A stretch of 64,000 bases of DNA, taken from contig NW_005434650.1 of the NCBI RefSeq assembly GCF_000315625.1, positions 276,005-340,004 of the forward strand. The letters are read 5' to 3'. The notes beneath the pieces are model-generated. The model worked only from the letters and a program-made list of their open reading frames with translations, had not been told where the DNA came from and ran no database searches. The stretch comes from Guillardia theta CCMP2712 (lineage: Eukaryota > Protista > Cryptophyta). Below are positions 60,296 through 64,000 of the stretch, piece after piece; positions within the stretch are counted from its first letter, which is position 1, and every line of letters starts with the position of its first letter. The translations under genes and the position numbers were made by a program.

Positions 60296-61199
60296 CACAG
60301 CCGCGTCCTATTGAAGGTGACGAAGAGCGACCCAGAAACAATTTACGGCTGACCAGAAACAATTCACAACTGAAGGTAGAATGCTTGTATTCCACCACGT
60401 GGACTGAACTTTCCTATACTTATCTTCCTCCTGACTGAACGATCCTCAAACCATCCGCTCCTATGATAGCAGCGCTGACATCTCGGCGCCTTTTCGTAGG
60501 TACCCCCACCCCTGCCCCCACCCGATAGACAAACCCTGGGGCGAGCCCGGCTGAAAGAGTAACGGATATCTTCAAATATAACGGACAAGCGCCAGATATA
60601 ACATCGTGTGTGGTAATAAGTGTAGTAAGGATGGGATATATCGAAAAGGATTTTTATCGTAATGAGGAAAAGTATACCCAAAAAAGATGTCAGCAGATGG
60701 GCGAAACGAGTTCATATCAATTTTTTCCCAAAGTAGAATTCGGCACTGACCTTTCAGGATGAAGAGACAGACAAAAAAAGAGCCCACCTGGTTTGTGCTG
60801 TATGAGTTCGCGGAATCCAGAATTAAAAGAATAAAACAATTTTAGTAAGACAACGCTCCGAAGCCATGTCGGTTGTCAAGTTAATCCATGCAGATCCTAC
60901 CGGCCAAGGGTCACGGATATACTAAGTGCACTTCTCTTTCAGAAGGCTAAGTTATATACCTTTCCCTTTCACCCAAATCGGTCATCGACAACACCAGAAT
61001 GAAACAATATCCAAACCGACGAATAAACCGCCCTGAACAAACGAGGTGAGGTCTGCTTCGAACACGGGTCCATATAGGATACAAATCCTCATCGAATACG
61101 GGTCATAGTACATATCTTCCTACCCTGAACCCAACACGAGATCTGGATAAATACTTTACTGTCAGCAACCGAAACAGAAATGTGTGCAACGCATCGTTT

Positions 61200-62300
61200 C
61201 AAACTATACCGGTGATTTGAATAATCAAAGTAGGGGTCATCAGAAAGACATTCCGTCCCCCTCTGCATTATTGACTCCCCGTTGCCAGCTCACACACCTT
61301 CCGAGTTCTTGCGGGTTCAATGCATACCATGTAATGAGCTTTCCTGGCGAATCCACCATTGTGACTGAATTAGAATCGATCGAGACTTACCTTCATTCAA
61401 ACATGGCATGACACAAGGGAGCATATCTCAGATTCGTTGTGTTTCTCCTTTTCATCAACACTTCTCACAAGAAACTATCCAATAACCGCAAACATGCGTA
61501 TGGGTACAAAAGGAACATCACTCCAATTCAAAACAATTTGTCGTATGCACAACATGAAATTCAGTACGTATTTCTCGAGCTTCCTCCTTTTCTTCGTGCT
61601 TGTGGCTTGGTGTGAAGTTCAGTGCTTGATTTAGCAACATGAAAACTTCAAAGAAAATTGAATTTGGAGCTATTTGATTCTCACTTCAATGTTCAAAACG
61701 ATTTGAAAATAAGTTGCTCCCCACATGATGTATTCCGAATTCAGCTTCTGTGCTTGCATTTCATTGCAAGTCTTTCTTTCATGTATCGTATCTATGTTGT
61801 TTGACCATAGTTGAACTCGATGTCTTTCGAATGTCTCCATTTATTTTTGTTCTTTGTTGTCTTTTCGCAAATCACCAGGTATGCATCAGTGATGTATCAC
61901 GTTCCTACACGTTCCTAAAAAGTTTGCCTTTAGTCAGATCGAGGTTTGCAGCTGTAAGTACGCGTGGTATTCCGATCCAACGATTGGTAATATTTCTCCT
62001 CCATCATTTCTGCCTTCCTCGCGCACGCTATTTTTCTTCTGTTCTTTTATCTCTTCTCGAACATTACTCATGGCAGCTCTCTCCTTCACTTTCTGAACTC
62101 CTTGTCCCGGAGCTATGCTGTGGCTGCAATTACTGCAGAGTTCAGCGTGTCTCCAGACTGCATTTTCACCCATGATAACCTTCCTCAGCCTATCTCTCAT
62201 ACAGCAATAGGGTTTTTTGCTCATTCTCACTCACTGAAGCTTCTTTTGATGTCTTTCATACATAGTAGCTTTGTTCCTTGCTTTCGCTGGAAATCGCCAT
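61200..62300 (-). CDS. Possible AT-rich multi-exon hypothetical gene
   Basis: ATG near 62301, GTGAGT donor and a charged open frame at 61934-62230; no homology recognised. Confidence 0.25.
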
Positions 62301-63246
62301 GCTCAAAAATTAATTAGCTCGATGATCATTCGAAAATCGTTTACCTCACTAGAAATTTCATCGAAACAAATTGACATTAGCTTACCTTTATTCTGGTCTA
62401 AAAGCGGGAATTGGTACTTATCCATTATTATTTTGACCGACTGCTTCCAACCGGCTAGTACCCACCTTAAATAGCTGAAAGTACCCACCAAAATATAAGC
62501 TTTTTACCGGCTTCGAAAAAGTCAGTAGATGAAAACGTTTTTAAAATTGAAAGATTTCCCTTTCGATTTTTGACGTTTCGATATGAAGAGACAAGAGGTG
62601 GAGAGAACTGGAAGGGATCTTTATCGCAGTTTAAAATGTTTTCCTCACCACCCCTAAGGATCAAGGGTAGGTTGGGACTACCCCATTTTTACAAATTTTG
62701 AACACACCCTACCTACAACTTTATACGAATTATTTATGTTGTGTGACCGGTTATGAGATACCCAGCCCCACTTATTGTATACCCATCGCAAAGCACCACC
62801 CCTGGTCCGTCAGTGCGGAATTTCCTGTATAAAAGATAAACCCAATAGCCCGTTCACAGCCTCCTCCTCCTCAAAGCCACTCACTCTCCCCGCTGACCTT
62901 CACCTCTGTTCTCCTTTCTGTTCCTATCAACTCTCAACCCTCGCAGATACCATCATCTTCTCGTCCAATCAACCTCTGTCGTCCTGACTCTCTATCCTTG
63001 CTCTCCCTGAAGCTCGTCAACGTCAAGTCCCTTGGCTTAGAACCTGGAACCCCCTCTGCCGTTCTTTTCTGCCCGATCGTCAATAACTATCTTGCATCAA
63101 ATCTGGTCTTTCTCTCGAATGATCTTTGCCCTGGATTCATTGGTGAAAATTGAGTGCAATTAGATCAAGCGTGAGAAATTGAAACGTTTCTATCGTCAAC
63201 CAGCTGTGCTGCTTTCATAAGTTCCTGACAATAAGATCAACTTGCT

Positions 63247-63714
63247 ATGGTTTCTTGCAAGCAAACTGATAGTTCTCTTGATGAAGAAATTGCGAATATG
63301 CAATGTTCTTCTATGGATATTCAAAATTTCATGGGCGATGTTGACGTCATGGAAGAAATCGCGCTTGCGGACGCGAGAACGGATATCCCCGAGAGCAAAA
63401 CCAAAGGGAAACGCAGAGTGCAGAGAGCATGTGATGCATGCCGAAGAAAGAAAGTGAAATGCGAGGATACACGTCCATGCTCTAGATGTATCGAAGATGA
63501 TGATCATTGCCTGTCCAGCACAGACTTGAAGAAATCTCAGGAATCAACATGCAGCGACAACAAACCCCGCTGTCCCGTTTGCGAGGAATCTGCAAGCGGG
63601 TCACCAAGACCATGCTGGCGATGTGTTATTACAGGGAATGCTCCTGTCGACGAATTTAGCCTCGGTGGTGGTCCGGATGTACCACAGGACAACCTCTGTG
63701 ACGGACAAGCCTAA
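63247..63714 (+). CDS. Zn(II)2Cys6 (GAL4-type) transcription factor
   Basis: KRRVQRACDACRRKKVKCEDTRPCSRCIEDDDHC = C-x2-C-x6-C-x5-C-x2-C-x6-C. Confidence 0.92.
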   Translation: MVSCKQTDSSLDEEIANMQCSSMDIQNFMGDVDVMEEIALADARTDIPESKTKGKRRVQRACDACRRKKVKCEDTRPCSRCIEDDDHCLSSTDLKKSQESTCSDNKPRCPVCEESASGSPRPCWRCVITGNAPVDEFSLGGGPDVPQDNLCDGQA

Positions 63715-64000
63715 GACTTGGAGCCGTCGTTGTGTTGTGTTTGAATATTACGTCCATCCTTTTATGTGCATGCGTTATGCTTACATATGACTAAGATTGA
63801 CATGGTTGTACTATACATCAAAATAGAAAAAAACCTCAACATGTCCAGTCAATCCATACCCGCACATGCACCATCTCTGGCGTTGTATGCCTCTATCCAC
63901 ATTCCTTGGCATTCCGCACTGGTTCTTGCAGGCACCATTACACTCTGTTGAACGTTGAAGTTGTTGAGCTTTGGGCTGCACGCTGATATTCAGGATTAAC

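Noticed and set aside
60400-63200. Transposon or viral insert in the AT-richer region
   Set aside because: No terminal repeats, TSD, or transposase, RT or capsid motifs seen.

Overview
Eukaryotic nuclear DNA, gene-dense, with many short (about 45-60 nt) spliceosomal introns, microsatellite-filled introns and one 100-N assembly gap. Intron style and gene content (RWP-RK and Zn2Cys6 factors, small PDZ protein, signal-anchored collagen-like orphans) most resemble a cryptophyte alga such as Guillardia; this is inference. Most ORF-track entries are exon fragments or low-complexity artefacts, so I rebuilt genes by manual splicing. Recognisable genes: DCAF15-like, membrane pseudo-SDR, Strawberry notch, PDZ protein, AIM24, RWP-RK, ABCG, Erg28-like, WD40, collagen-like, TRAP-beta (SSR2), PITP, RER1, MDP1, TFIIE-beta, DNA2, propionyl-CoA carboxylase alpha and a Zn2Cys6 factor. 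I saw no tRNA, rRNA, CRISPR array or intact transposon. Best leads: a signal-anchored protein of three tandem ~80-aa modules each ending in a CP12-like C-x8-C loop (57769-59401); a 52-aa orphan peptide with extreme codon bias (47847-48005); four orphans sharing an anchor plus basic-x-x-Leu leader; a recurring promoter architecture (CCGG-rich tract plus ACCC/GGGT cluster); and a 45-nt GCA-triloop hairpin. Exon boundaries were read by eye and some gene ends are approximate.
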